A stretch of 64,000 nucleotides of DNA from Candidatus Latescibacterota bacterium (lineage in GTDB: Bacteria; Latescibacterota; UBA2968; GCA-2709665): NCBI GenBank assembly GCA_965219455.1, contig OZ244744.1, positions 2,080,001-2,144,000 of the forward strand, read 5' to 3'. The notes under the pieces are model-generated. The model made no database searches. It saw nothing but the letters and a program-made list of their open reading frames with translations, and was not told the origin of the DNA. Of this stretch, positions 1-9,384 are shown piece by piece; within the stretch, counting starts at the first letter, position 1; each line of letters begins with the position of its first letter. The position numbers and the translations under genes were made by a program.

Positions 1-103
1 GGCTCCGTTGCGGTACCGAGGCGACGTTTACAGCCGGAATCGGAGAAACTCCAATCGCATCCAGTTCTTTTGGATCAAATAGATCCACCTGGAGTTCGTT
101 CAT
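1..103 (-). CDS. 5' end of probable Dam-family (D12 class) DNA adenine methyltransferase, truncated by window edge
   Basis: Manual translation from ATG at 103 gives MNELQVDLFDPKELDAIGVSPIPAVNVASVPQRS. VNVASVPQRS(P) typically precedes the SPFRYPGGK motif of Dam-like MTases; the motif itself lies outside the window. Confidence 0.6.
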   Translation of the reverse strand, partial: MNELQVDLFDPKELDAIGVSPIPAVNVASVPQRS

Positions 104-451
104 TGTTCTTTCTGTACCTTGTTCAGTAAACTTACTCGTAGCGAATATCGGTCTCGGGAAAGAGAATAATTGGGGAACGGTAGAAAACCTAAAAGCGACT
201 TAACTAATGGATTTCGATTTGAGAAACGGTCAATCGCGCCTGTGTGGCACAGGCAGGCTAAGGGAAGTCACGTTACCGCCGCAGAAACCCTCGATGCATG
301 TAGACGATTCCAGTGGCCTGAGGATATAATTATATACTCATCAAACACGCCGATGACAAGGGTGTTTTGGCCGGGTTTCCGGGTATAAATGTGATGTCCA
401 ACGGATTGAGGAACTTCGGTGGTCTATCAACGCCGGGGCGAAGCGCTACTG

Positions 452-720
452 CTATCCTTTTTCCCTTGTCAAAAACAGTTGAATATCCCGCCAAATCGGC
501 AATTTGTGATCTCTACACCAATAGATCAGACCACCCCGAAAAAGGAAGTGGGAACGGCATTTCATTTTTCGCAAGATGGATGGAAAAAAGGTGCAAGAAC
601 CGTCATCATGCACTGTCAGTCGCCAGACTGGACGCTCATCCGGCAGGAGATTCATATACTGCAATTGTCCGCATCGGTATGGGCATAACAGTGTGGAAAG
701 GCGACCGGAAAGCAAATGTC
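452..720 (-). pseudogene. DUF6527-like Cys/His metal-binding domain remnant
   Basis: The C-terminal part of ORF 452..991 reads LLCPYRCGQLQYMNLLPDERPVWRLTVHDDGSCTFFPSILRKMKCRSHFLFRGGLIYWC. This resembles the family pattern CPCGCG..lnLlp...P.W.l.....G..sl.PSv.....CrSHf.i..G.i.W. The N-terminal part of the ORF is not protein-like and no clear start was found. Confidence 0.55.
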
Positions 721-859
721 GATCGCGTACTTTATGCCCACAATTAAAACTGTTCCTGCGGCTTCCATTTACCGATATTCTTTCACATGTCCTCAGCAGA
801 GTCAGAGGAGGAATAGTTGATGCTGATGACGGCTCTATCGACAGCGGTAAACCAGGCCG

Positions 860-1426
860 ATGCGGGTGATTATTCCGGCGATTTGGATGAAAGAGGGGCG
901 CAACAGTACCTCGCGCGAAGTGCAGACCGGGGGCGTCTGGCTGGCGATGGACCATAAACCGGGCTCGGCGGCAACGGATGTGCGGGATCATGGTGTGGGC
1001 CGGTCAACGATGCCGACCGATCACCGCATTGAACAGGACATTGATTTTCTTTCACAGATTGTCATAATGGCGAAACCACGATTAAGCAGGTCGTCACGAG
1101 TAACCTTTCATGTGTTGCAGGAATGGGAAGGCTACGTCACTGAGATTAAGGACACGGAATTCGCTGCGCGTCTGACCGATCTGACGTCCGGTGCGAAATA
1201 TGCGGGTGAAGAAGCCTGCATTCCCCTGGAAGAGATATCTGATGACGACGCTGACAAGATGCAAGTGGGGAGCATCTTCCGCTGGGTGATCGGTTACGAG
1301 TGCAAAGGGCGTGCAAAAAAGCGGGTTTCTCAAATCGTGTTGCGCGACCTTCCTATGATCACGAAGTCCGACATGCGAGATGGCCGGGAATGGGGCCATA
1401 GTATCGTAGCGGTTTTCCAGCAATGA
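860..1426 (+). CDS. Conserved hypothetical protein (start uncertain; possible N-terminal frameshift)
   Basis: Globular-looking C-terminal domain LQEWEGYVTEI..F.ARLTDLT..EEACIPLEEI..GSIFRWVIGY..RVSQIVLR. A strong RBS GAGGAGG (805-811) precedes ATG 820 in a different frame. Confidence 0.65.
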   Translation: MRVIIPAIWMKEGRNSTSREVQTGGVWLAMDHKPGSAATDVRDHGVGRSTMPTDHRIEQDIDFLSQIVIMAKPRLSRSSRVTFHVLQEWEGYVTEIKDTEFAARLTDLTSGAKYAGEEACIPLEEISDDDADKMQVGSIFRWVIGYECKGRAKKRVSQIVLRDLPMITKSDMRDGREWGHSIVAVFQQ

Positions 1427-1528
1427 CAATGCCGGCAACTCGTTAGACCAGCCAGGCAAATGTGAAATCTGGCGAGTCATTGCACCTGGAGTTTCTACTC
1501 ACATCGGCGAGCCCAGGGAGGTTCTTCC

Positions 1529-2809
1529 GTGAAACTAAAGTCTGTAGAAATCGAGAACTACCGCGCCATTGAGCAACTCAAGCTGCGGCTCGATCCGCAG
1601 CTGACCGTGTTTCACGGCGCCAATGGGGACGGCAAGACCAGTGTATTAAGCGCGATTGCGGTGGGTCTGGGGGCGATTCCCAAGTTATTGTCCGATGTGA
1701 CGGACCTTGACTTCTGTGAGGAGGATCAGCGCGAGGGTGCGGGGGCTCCGCGCGTCTCGACCACCGACATGGATGGAAACTCCTGGGAGCGGCAAGGGGG
1801 GAGGCAGGCGGATGACCGAACGGTGCAGCACAGGATGATTGCCTTGGCCAGTTTTCTGGAAGGGCAATTCAAGGGCACTCGGCCAGATCAGGCCGATCTG
1901 CCTATTGCTGCTTTCTATAGTACGGACCGTGTGGTCTCAGGATTAGCCAAGGCGCCAAACGATCCTAAGGTCCGGTATTCTCGTTTCGACGCACTTGAGG
2001 GGGCCCTCGACGCTCGCACAGACTTTGGAGGTCTCTTTACCTGGTTTTATTTCAAGGAGGACGAGGAACTGAGAATACAAAAGGAACGACGCGATTTCAA
2101 TTATCAGGTAAAGGATCTCTCCGCTGCTCGCGGGGCAATCTCGTCCATGCTTCCCGAAGTGTCCGATCCCCGAACCGAATTGAATCCGCCGCGTTTTGTG
2201 GTGTCCCGGAAATCGGGTCAGGGGCTAGTGGAGAAGCTCTCGCTGGACCAGCTAAGTGGGGGCTATCGCATCGTGCTTGCGCTGGCTGCCGACCTTGCGC
2301 GGAGGATGGCGCAGGGAAATCCGCACCTCAAGAAACCGTTAGAGTCCGAAGCAATTGTACTGATTGACGAGGTAGAACTGCACCTGCATCCGGCCTGGCA
2401 GCAGCGTATCCTCGGCGATCTGCTGAGGACATTCCCAAACGCGCAGTTCATCGTCTCCACGCACAGCCCGCAGGTGCTGACGACGGTCGAGCCGCAACGC
2501 ATTGTGGAACTGTATCGGGATGGCGACCGGATTGTTGCCGGTGCATTGGAGGGGGCGACGTATGGGGCCGAAGCGGGAGACGTTCTTACCGTCGTAATGG
2601 GCGTAAACGAACGTCCGCCCGAGAATAAATTCACAAAAGGCCTGGCTCAATACAGAAGTCTGATCAGGCAGGGACAGTGGGAGTCCGGAGAAGCCCTGGC
2701 TTTGCGAGAAAGTTTGGAGAAAATGTCTCCCTATGATCCGGCCCTCGATCGCGCCGACCTTGAAATCCGACGGCGGAAGATGTTTGAGCAGCGGACCGAG
2801 TCGCAATGA
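1529..2809 (+). CDS. ABC/AAA_21-type ATPase, PtuA-like (Septu / retron effector ATPase)
   Basis: N-terminal MKLKSVEIENYRAIEQL, Walker A GANGDGKTS, signature LSGGYR, Walker B VLIDEVELHLHP, H-loop STHSP; RBS GGAGG upstream; 4-bp overlap with the HNH gene. Confidence 0.9.
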   Translation: MKLKSVEIENYRAIEQLKLRLDPQLTVFHGANGDGKTSVLSAIAVGLGAIPKLLSDVTDLDFCEEDQREGAGAPRVSTTDMDGNSWERQGGRQADDRTVQHRMIALASFLEGQFKGTRPDQADLPIAAFYSTDRVVSGLAKAPNDPKVRYSRFDALEGALDARTDFGGLFTWFYFKEDEELRIQKERRDFNYQVKDLSAARGAISSMLPEVSDPRTELNPPRFVVSRKSGQGLVEKLSLDQLSGGYRIVLALAADLARRMAQGNPHLKKPLESEAIVLIDEVELHLHPAWQQRILGDLLRTFPNAQFIVSTHSPQVLTTVEPQRIVELYRDGDRIVAGALEGATYGAEAGDVLTVVMGVNERPPENKFTKGLAQYRSLIRQGQWESGEALALRESLEKMSPYDPALDRADLEIRRRKMFEQRTESQ

Positions 2810-3558
2810 AGGTCATCCGCAAATTGAAAACCCCGACTTCCGGCCTTGCCGAATATCTCAAAGCCGTGGGGGACGAAGCGAATTGGGACGAGTTTCGTTC
2901 TCACAATTCGGGGGCATCTTACCGCGAACTGAGGGAGGCCCTGACTCAAAACCAACGTGGAATTTGCGCGTACTGTGAGATGGTGATCGATGAGTGGCGT
3001 CGCCAGGTGGAGCACGTGATCCCGCAGAGCGACAGCGAAAATGGTAGACTGAAGACGACGGATATAGCCAACATGGTCGCCTGCTGTACGGGCGGCACGA
3101 CCCCGGATGGTGATGATAGTTACCGTAGACCAGTGCGATACAATATGAGTTGCGGTCAAGCGAAAGGAAATCAGATTGACGAAGATTTCATCGACCCTCG
3201 TACGCTACCTGCAATGCCATCGCTTGTAAGAGTGCTTGATGACGGACGGATTGAAGCCGACGAAACTGCCTGCCAAAGTGCCAAATTTCATTTTGACAGT
3301 GTGACCCGCACAATTGATATTCTGAACCTAAACGCGGAACGGCTACGGTTGAACCGCGAGAAGTGGTGGAATGGTCTTGAGGAAGAGACCGCGGAAGTTG
3401 AAGATACGGACAATCCTGATATGATCAAAACCTGGATACGCTCATTGCTGACGCCTGATGAGAACAACCGGCTGATACCCCTGTTCACCACAACCCGATC
3501 TTACTTCGCCCCGCTGGGCGAAGTCATCCTGGCTGAAGAACCCCAAGAATGGATCTGA
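2806..3558 (+). CDS. HNH endonuclease, PtuB-like / TIGR02646 retron-system putative HNH
   Basis: Q.GICAYCE, VEHVIPQS, NMVACC, CGQAKGN, TIDILNLN motifs; ATGA-coupled to the ATPase. Confidence 0.88.
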   Translation: MKVIRKLKTPTSGLAEYLKAVGDEANWDEFRSHNSGASYRELREALTQNQRGICAYCEMVIDEWRRQVEHVIPQSDSENGRLKTTDIANMVACCTGGTTPDGDDSYRRPVRYNMSCGQAKGNQIDEDFIDPRTLPAMPSLVRVLDDGRIEADETACQSAKFHFDSVTRTIDILNLNAERLRLNREKWWNGLEEETAEVEDTDNPDMIKTWIRSLLTPDENNRLIPLFTTTRSYFAPLGEVILAEEPQEWI

Positions 3559-3610
3559 ACCGATGCCCTACGCCAAGATCGATTTGAATAGAAGTTGTTT
3601 GCCTGAAAGC

Positions 3611-3650
3611 AAGAAGCAGCCGATCTCTTTGGATCGGCTGCTTCTTTTTT
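3611..3650 (+). terminator. Rho-independent terminator after the HNH gene
   Basis: AAGAAGCAGCCGATC-TCTTTG-GATCGGCTGCTTCTT is a perfect 15-bp stem followed by a T run. Confidence 0.9.
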
Positions 3651-3746
3651 GGTGCTTTACCACCGATGCCGGAACGTCGTATTACGGTGTATTATGATGT
3701 CATACGCCGAATTGTTGCGCCTGGGGCAGGGGATCTTCGCCTTCCC

Positions 3747-4080
3747 CTACATGCTCGCGTATGCCAGGCCCAGCACCGCGATGATGCCCGTCGAAACCAG
3801 GCAGAGTGCAAAGGGGCGAACCCCGCCGGTCTTGAGCGCGCGGAACTCGGTGATGAGGCCCACGGCTGCCATCGCTCCCGTAATCAGCCATTTGCCGGCG
3901 GACGCCAGCAGCAGTCCCAGATGGAATGTACGGTCTCCGCCGCCGAGCAGGAAGCGGTCCTCCACGGCGACGACGTCGTCTATGATGTCGCGGTTGAGAA
4001 TGGCAGGAACAAACCCAGCGCCGATCCCTTCGATGGCGAGGGGACCGGGAGATTTTCCGCTGAGTACCGCCGAGGCGGCG
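3747..4080 (-). pseudogene. Chimeric remnant: internal cysteine synthase (CysK) fragment fused in frame to the C-terminus of a YeiH-like putative sulfate exporter
   Basis: SAVLSGKSPGPLAIEGIGAGFVPAILNRDIIDDVVAVED (CysK motif, ~3957-4080) is followed directly by LLLASAGKWLITGAMAAVGLITEFRALKTGGVRPFAL (YeiH-like C-terminal helices). Confidence 0.7.
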
Positions 4081-4296
4081 GAAAGCGGTCGCGCGGCGTA
4101 GCACGCCCAATCCGGCGGAAAGACCGTGATTTCGCCAAATTGCTCGCGTTCCGCCGGGCGGCCGGCGTGAATCTCTTCGGTCCGAAACCGGCGCATAAAA
4201 CAAGTCGTTTTTCTTTTTCCTTTTTCGCGTATTCCTGTTTACTTTGCTGCAACCGGACACGATTCTCAATTCACTGGAAACGAAAGGAACTCAGGC

Positions 4297-7200
4297 ATGA
4301 AGACCGGACGAACTCTGCATACGGAGGACGCGGTCCGACGGATGCGTGACCACGTGGAGCGGTTCTCCGCGGCAAAAAAGATCGCAAATGAGATTGTCGA
4401 CCGTGCGCAGGTCTGGGCGAATCTGGATGACTCGTACGTTCGAGACCTGCCGCCCCCGGCGGCCATTTACCGGGGGTTTCTACCGTCGTTCGACGGGTGT
4501 CCGGTTCACGGCGAGGCGGTTTTCCAGGCGCCGGGGGGACCGTGGCAGGCCGATATCTTCAACCGTCCCTGGAAAATAAAGTGTTCCGTGGGCGGCGAGG
4601 AGTATCCTTCGAACGATTTTATGGCGTTTCACGGAACCGGAGACCGGTCCTTGCTTTCCGGCGATTACGCGGACGACGGGCTGGGGTGGGATCCTGGAGA
4701 CGGACGGCCCCGGTTCTGGTTCGCGGCGCACTACTGTTACCGTCTCTGGCACCGGTTGATTCCGGCGCTTCAGGATCTCGGGCGGGCGTATCTGATAACC
4801 GGAGACGCGCGGTACGGGCGCAAGGGCGCCATCCTGTTGGACAGGATGGCAACGTTGTTTCCCACCATGGACCACGCCGCGCAGTCCTGGTACGGCCTGA
4901 ACTATCAGGTAGGATATACGGGGCGTTTTCTGTATGCGGTTCAGGAGTCGTTCAACATCGGACTCTATGCCGAAGCATACGACAATCTGTACCCGGCATT
5001 GCGCTCCGACAGTGAAGTGCATGCGTTTCTGAAAAAGGAACCTGAAGCATTGATCCGGCACGTGGAAGACAAACTGGTGCGGCAGTCGGTGCGGGATATC
5101 TGGGAGGGGAAGATCCGGGGGAACTACGGGCTGCACCAGGCCTCGGCGGTGAAGGCGCTGGCGGTACTCGACGACGAGGCATTTACGGATTGGGCGATAA
5201 ATAAACTCGAGGCGTATACGGGATGCGGACCCAACACGGAGGTATGGGCATACGGCGTGGAGGGATGGGATCACGCGCTGGACAATTTCCTGTTTCGGGA
5301 CGGCGTCTCGTTCGAGGTAGCGATCGGTTACTCGGCGGGCTGCTGGACACGGTATATGCTGGATACGGACCTGGTACTGAAACGGCTGGGCAAACGCCGG
5401 CTGCCGAGCGAACACGTGCGTTCGCTGGGAAGCTGGTCCCGAAGACTGGCATGCTGGGGCGGAAAGTTGCCGGCAATCGCCGATACGGGTGCGGAGGTAA
5501 CCTATCCTCAGTTGGACCTCTCATCGCTGCAGCGGTTCTTCAGGGGTTACGGATGGCCGGAGTACGCCCGTGCGCTTCTGAACGAGGGCGTGACGGACGA
5601 AAGCGGGTTCAGGAGTTACGACGATCTGTTCGAAGTACCGCTGACGAAAAACGACCTGGAACGCGCCGCCGGAAAACTCCCGAAATGGCCCGTGGAGAGC
5701 GATAACCTGGGAGGGGTGGGATTCGTGATCTTGCGCAGCGGGCGGGCGGAGAACCAGTTGGCGGCTGTGCTTCAGTACGGGCACGCCAATGCCGGCCACG
5801 CGCATCGGGACCGGTTGAACCTGGAGGTCATCGCGGGCGACAAGCGGGTTGTGCCCGATACGGGCTATCCCACACACGCGGCCGAACATCCGGACCCGCC
5901 TGTATGGGAAAAGAATACCATCAGCCACGTTACGGTTGTCGTGAACGAGACCCGCCAGGACACGGCCGACGAAGGCCGCCTGGAACGGTTCGGAGCAACC
6001 CCTCGTGTGCAGCACGTGGAACTTTCGGCGCCACGGGCCTACCTGGATGCCGACGTGTATCGACGCGGGGTGACGCTGCTGGAGTTGTCGCCGGATCTGC
6101 AGATCCTTGTGGACCTCTTCCACGTAAAGGGCGGCTGGGCGCACGACTATTCTTTCCACGGATTCGATGGGACGTTTTCAACCGCGGGCGCTTCGTTTCA
6201 AACGCAGGAGGGCGGCACCCTGGCGGGACCGGACGTCCCGTTCCGGAAGCTGTACGACGATCCCGAACTGGAACGTCACGCCGCGATGCCGGGGCTGCCG
6301 GGGACAAACGGCAAGCGCAGTTACGGTTCATACCGGGGCAGCGGCTTTTCCTACCTGTACGACGTGCGCCGCGGGCAACCGCCGGGTGAATTCCGGGCCG
6401 ATTGGCGGGATGAGGAGATGGGATTGAGGATAGTCGTACCCGAGGGCGTCGCACAGGAGGTCATCACCGCCCATGGCAAAACGCCGAACAAACCAGGTGC
6501 GCCCGAGCATCTGGATTATGTCCTGTTGCGGAATCGGGGAGACCGCGAACGAGGCGGTCTGAACAGTCTGTTCGCCGTTGTGTGCGAGGCATATCGGAAA
6601 TCCCCGAAGTTGACGGGTGTGAGGCGCCTTGACCTGGTCGCAGGCGAGGACGCAATCGGTTTGGAAATTTCCTGGCAGGGTGGAAGATGTTATCTGTTCA
6701 GCGCGTTGGCGGACGAGGGCCGATCCGTCTTTGAGGGCGATCTCGAATTGGATGGCGGATTCGGGGTGTTGACCCAAGACGCGAAGGGCCGTCCGTCATG
6801 GGCGTGTTTATCGGGAAAGAGGCTGGGTGCCGGCGACGTCGACGTAGCGGGCGCGGGCACATGGCGAGGGCGAATTGCCGGAATGGACGCCGATAACTGC
6901 CGGGTGACGGTAACGTCGGAAACTGGCGGAGCGCCGGCGGCGGGCGAGACACTGATGGTGTCGAACCCTCCCCACGCATGCAATTTCCCGATTGAGTCGG
7001 TGGAGCCCGCAGGTGACAGTTGGCTGTGTTCGCTGGGTGCCAAGCGGCTGCACATCGGGCGGTTTGTTGTAGAGGCGGAGACAGACGACGGTTTGCTGAC
7101 CAGGACGTGGATTCACCGGGAATGGGAGGATACGGAAGATTCGGGATGTCATTATCTCAAGGGCGCCCGGCTGGCTTACAGGGAACGACTCCACACCATC

Positions 7201-7353
7201 GAGCGGGTGATACCGCGAGAGGAGGGCGGACACCGGTTCGTGCTGCGGGATGCGATTCCGTGGCCCAACGCGCCGGACGACATCCCGTTGATTTACGACC
7301 TGGGGCCGGGGGATTCGTGCGTTGTGCGGCCGATGGTGTTCGTGGAGCTTTGA
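4297..7353 (+). CDS. Large heparinase II/III-like (polysaccharide lyase-like) protein, 1018 aa, no signal peptide
   Basis: LGRAYLITGDARY (alpha/alpha barrel), GHAHRDRLNL..IAG..VPDTGY..WEKNTISHVTVVVNE (Hepar_II_III motifs), YRRGV; RBS AAGGA. Confidence 0.8.
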   Translation: MKTGRTLHTEDAVRRMRDHVERFSAAKKIANEIVDRAQVWANLDDSYVRDLPPPAAIYRGFLPSFDGCPVHGEAVFQAPGGPWQADIFNRPWKIKCSVGGEEYPSNDFMAFHGTGDRSLLSGDYADDGLGWDPGDGRPRFWFAAHYCYRLWHRLIPALQDLGRAYLITGDARYGRKGAILLDRMATLFPTMDHAAQSWYGLNYQVGYTGRFLYAVQESFNIGLYAEAYDNLYPALRSDSEVHAFLKKEPEALIRHVEDKLVRQSVRDIWEGKIRGNYGLHQASAVKALAVLDDEAFTDWAINKLEAYTGCGPNTEVWAYGVEGWDHALDNFLFRDGVSFEVAIGYSAGCWTRYMLDTDLVLKRLGKRRLPSEHVRSLGSWSRRLACWGGKLPAIADTGAEVTYPQLDLSSLQRFFRGYGWPEYARALLNEGVTDESGFRSYDDLFEVPLTKNDLERAAGKLPKWPVESDNLGGVGFVILRSGRAENQLAAVLQYGHANAGHAHRDRLNLEVIAGDKRVVPDTGYPTHAAEHPDPPVWEKNTISHVTVVVNETRQDTADEGRLERFGATPRVQHVELSAPRAYLDADVYRRGVTLLELSPDLQILVDLFHVKGGWAHDYSFHGFDGTFSTAGASFQTQEGGTLAGPDVPFRKLYDDPELERHAAMPGLPGTNGKRSYGSYRGSGFSYLYDVRRGQPPGEFRADWRDEEMGLRIVVPEGVAQEVITAHGKTPNKPGAPEHLDYVLLRNRGDRERGGLNSLFAVVCEAYRKSPKLTGVRRLDLVAGEDAIGLEISWQGGRCYLFSALADEGRSVFEGDLELDGGFGVLTQDAKGRPSWACLSGKRLGAGDVDVAGAGTWRGRIAGMDADNCRVTVTSETGGAPAAGETLMVSNPPHACNFPIESVEPAGDSWLCSLGAKRLHIGRFVVEAETDDGLLTRTWIHREWEDTEDSGCHYLKGARLAYRERLHTIERVIPREEGGHRFVLRDAIPWPNAPDDIPLIYDLGPGDSCVVRPMVFVEL

Positions 7354-7454
7354 TGGCAGCGAACCGGCCGAAACTCGGCGACCAATCACGATATTTCGCG
7401 CGGATTTTTTCATCAATCGAAACGATACGCATAAAAAGCTAAGGAGGGAAACAG

Positions 7455-8489
7455 ATGACGCAGCGCGTGGGTGTAATCGGCCTCGGCATTATGGGAAGTA
7501 GCGTGACGCAGGTCCTGCATCGGAATCCGCTGGTTGAGCTGGCGGCATTCTGTACGCTGGACGCAGTAAAGCTTCGCAAGGCGCAGGCCGAATTCTCGGT
7601 TTCCGGCGGGTACGTGAACTATCACGAGATGCTGGAGAAGGAGGCGCTGGACATGGTCTACATCGCCACGCCGGACTGGGCCCACCGCGATCCGGTCATT
7701 GCATGCCTGGAGGCGGGCTGTCACGTGCACGTTGAGAAACCGATGACAACGGACCTGGGCGAGGCCACTGAAATCGTGGAGAAAGTGAAAAGCACCGGAC
7801 TGAAACTACAGGTCTCGTATAACCACCGGTGGCTGGCGCCCTACAATGCCACGTGGAATATGATTCGCGACGGGGAAATCGGCAGGCCGCTGATGGGCTA
7901 TGCGCGCAAAAACAATCCCATATCCGTACCGACGGAGATGCTGCCCTGGTCGGCGGCGTCTTCGCCGGCCTGGTTCCTGTCGGCGCACGATATCGACCTG
8001 ATGTGCTGGTGGTTCGATCAGAGTCCCGTCGAAGTCCACGGCTACGGAATTAAAAAGGTGCTGGCGGCCAGGGGCATCGATACGTACGACATGCTGCAGG
8101 GGCTCGTGAAGTTCGACGGGGGATCCATCGCCACGTTCGAGTCGGCCTGGATCTACCCCAATACCCATCCGTCGATGCCGGATTCGTTTATGCAGGTGAT
8201 CGGCGAGAGGGGGCATGTGCATCTGGACCGCAAGGCCGAGGCGATTGAGATGAGTACCGAGGAAAAGTTCAAATGGCCGCGGTCACTGCTGAACTACAAG
8301 GTGTTCGACAAATGGGTGGGCGCGTTTCCGTCGTGCGTGAACAGCTTTGTGGATGCCGTCATTGAAGATCGGACGCCTTTCGTGACGGCGTTGGACGGAT
8401 GGCGCGCGACCGCGGTGCTGGACGCATGGCACCAGTCCGTGGACAACGGCGGTATCGTACCAGTGGCGGATGCACCCGCGTGGCCGTAA
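7455..8489 (+). CDS. Gfo/Idh/MocA family oxidoreductase
   Basis: GVIGLGIMG Rossmann motif, ATPDWAH, HVHVEKPM, HDID; RBS AAGGAGG. Confidence 0.92.
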   Translation: MTQRVGVIGLGIMGSSVTQVLHRNPLVELAAFCTLDAVKLRKAQAEFSVSGGYVNYHEMLEKEALDMVYIATPDWAHRDPVIACLEAGCHVHVEKPMTTDLGEATEIVEKVKSTGLKLQVSYNHRWLAPYNATWNMIRDGEIGRPLMGYARKNNPISVPTEMLPWSAASSPAWFLSAHDIDLMCWWFDQSPVEVHGYGIKKVLAARGIDTYDMLQGLVKFDGGSIATFESAWIYPNTHPSMPDSFMQVIGERGHVHLDRKAEAIEMSTEEKFKWPRSLLNYKVFDKWVGAFPSCVNSFVDAVIEDRTPFVTALDGWRATAVLDAWHQSVDNGGIVPVADAPAWP

Positions 8490-8504
8490 AAGGGGATCTG
8501 GGAG

Positions 8505-9353
8505 ATGTCAAAAAGAGAAAAACGGATCGGGTTCGTAGATTACAATCTCGAAAACTTCCATTCCAATGTCTACCTGAAGCTACTCCGCAATGATCTGAAG
8601 CATCGGGGATTCGTCGTTGCCGGTTGTACGGGCATGCGGCCCCGGGCCGGCAGGACGTGGGCCCGGTCGAACGACGTGCCCTATTTCTCCGATGCGGCCG
8701 GGTTGAACGAGGCGGTGGACTCCTTCATGGTGTTGGCGCCCTCAACCCCGGAGACGCACCTTGAACTGTGCGGGCAGGTTTTTCCCTTCGGTAAGCCCAC
8801 GTACGTGGACAAGACCTTTGCGCCGGACCTGCGAACGGCCGGGCGAATTTTCGCGTTGGCGGACCGGCATGGGGTGCCCATGCAGACGACATCCGCGTTG
8901 CGCTATACCGGGGTGCAGGACTACGTGGAAGCGGTCGGGCGCGGGCAGGTCCGGCACATGGTAACCTGGGGCGGCGGGCGGTCCTTTGCCGAATACGCGA
9001 TCCATCCCCTGGAATTGGCCATCAGCTGTATGGGGCCAGGCGTGCGCCGGATGATGCGCCGGGGCGCCGGAAAACAATCGCAACTGTTGCTGGATTTTTC
9101 GGGAGGACGTACCGCGGTCGTGAACGTATACACCGGGTCGAGTACACCCTATGCGGCTTCGGTGACCACCACCGGGGCGACACGGCACTTCCAGGTCGAC
9201 TCGGGTCGCATTTTTCTGAATACCGCGGATGCCGTGCTGGATCTGTTCGAATCCGGGGAACCCGGTATCGACAGGAAAGAGAGCCTGATCATTCGCAGGA
9301 TTCTGGACGCGGCCGGACAGAAGCGGGCACTGACGGGCTTTGTGAGTCTGTAG
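8505..9353 (+). CDS. Atypical Gfo/Idh/MocA-like NAD-binding protein
   Basis: GKPTYVDKTFA (EKP-equivalent), TTSALRY, YAIHPLE; lacks the canonical GxGxxG. Confidence 0.75.
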   Translation: MSKREKRIGFVDYNLENFHSNVYLKLLRNDLKHRGFVVAGCTGMRPRAGRTWARSNDVPYFSDAAGLNEAVDSFMVLAPSTPETHLELCGQVFPFGKPTYVDKTFAPDLRTAGRIFALADRHGVPMQTTSALRYTGVQDYVEAVGRGQVRHMVTWGGGRSFAEYAIHPLELAISCMGPGVRRMMRRGAGKQSQLLLDFSGGRTAVVNVYTGSSTPYAASVTTTGATRHFQVDSGRIFLNTADAVLDLFESGEPGIDRKESLIIRRILDAAGQKRALTGFVSL

Positions 9354-9384
9354 CTGACGCAGCGGGAAATGCGCGAAAAATGCG

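Noticed and set aside
100-450. Restriction endonuclease gene upstream of the methylase
   Set aside because: The frame ending at the ATGA overlap has stops at 268-270 and 424-426 and no recognisable motif.
1427-1528. Integron attC site (GTTAGAC present)
   Set aside because: No matching RYYYAAC box at a suitable distance and no integrase.
1-3650. Complete retron (RT plus msr-msd)
   Set aside because: No reverse transcriptase ORF or YADD motif in the window; no convincing a1/a2 inverted repeats.
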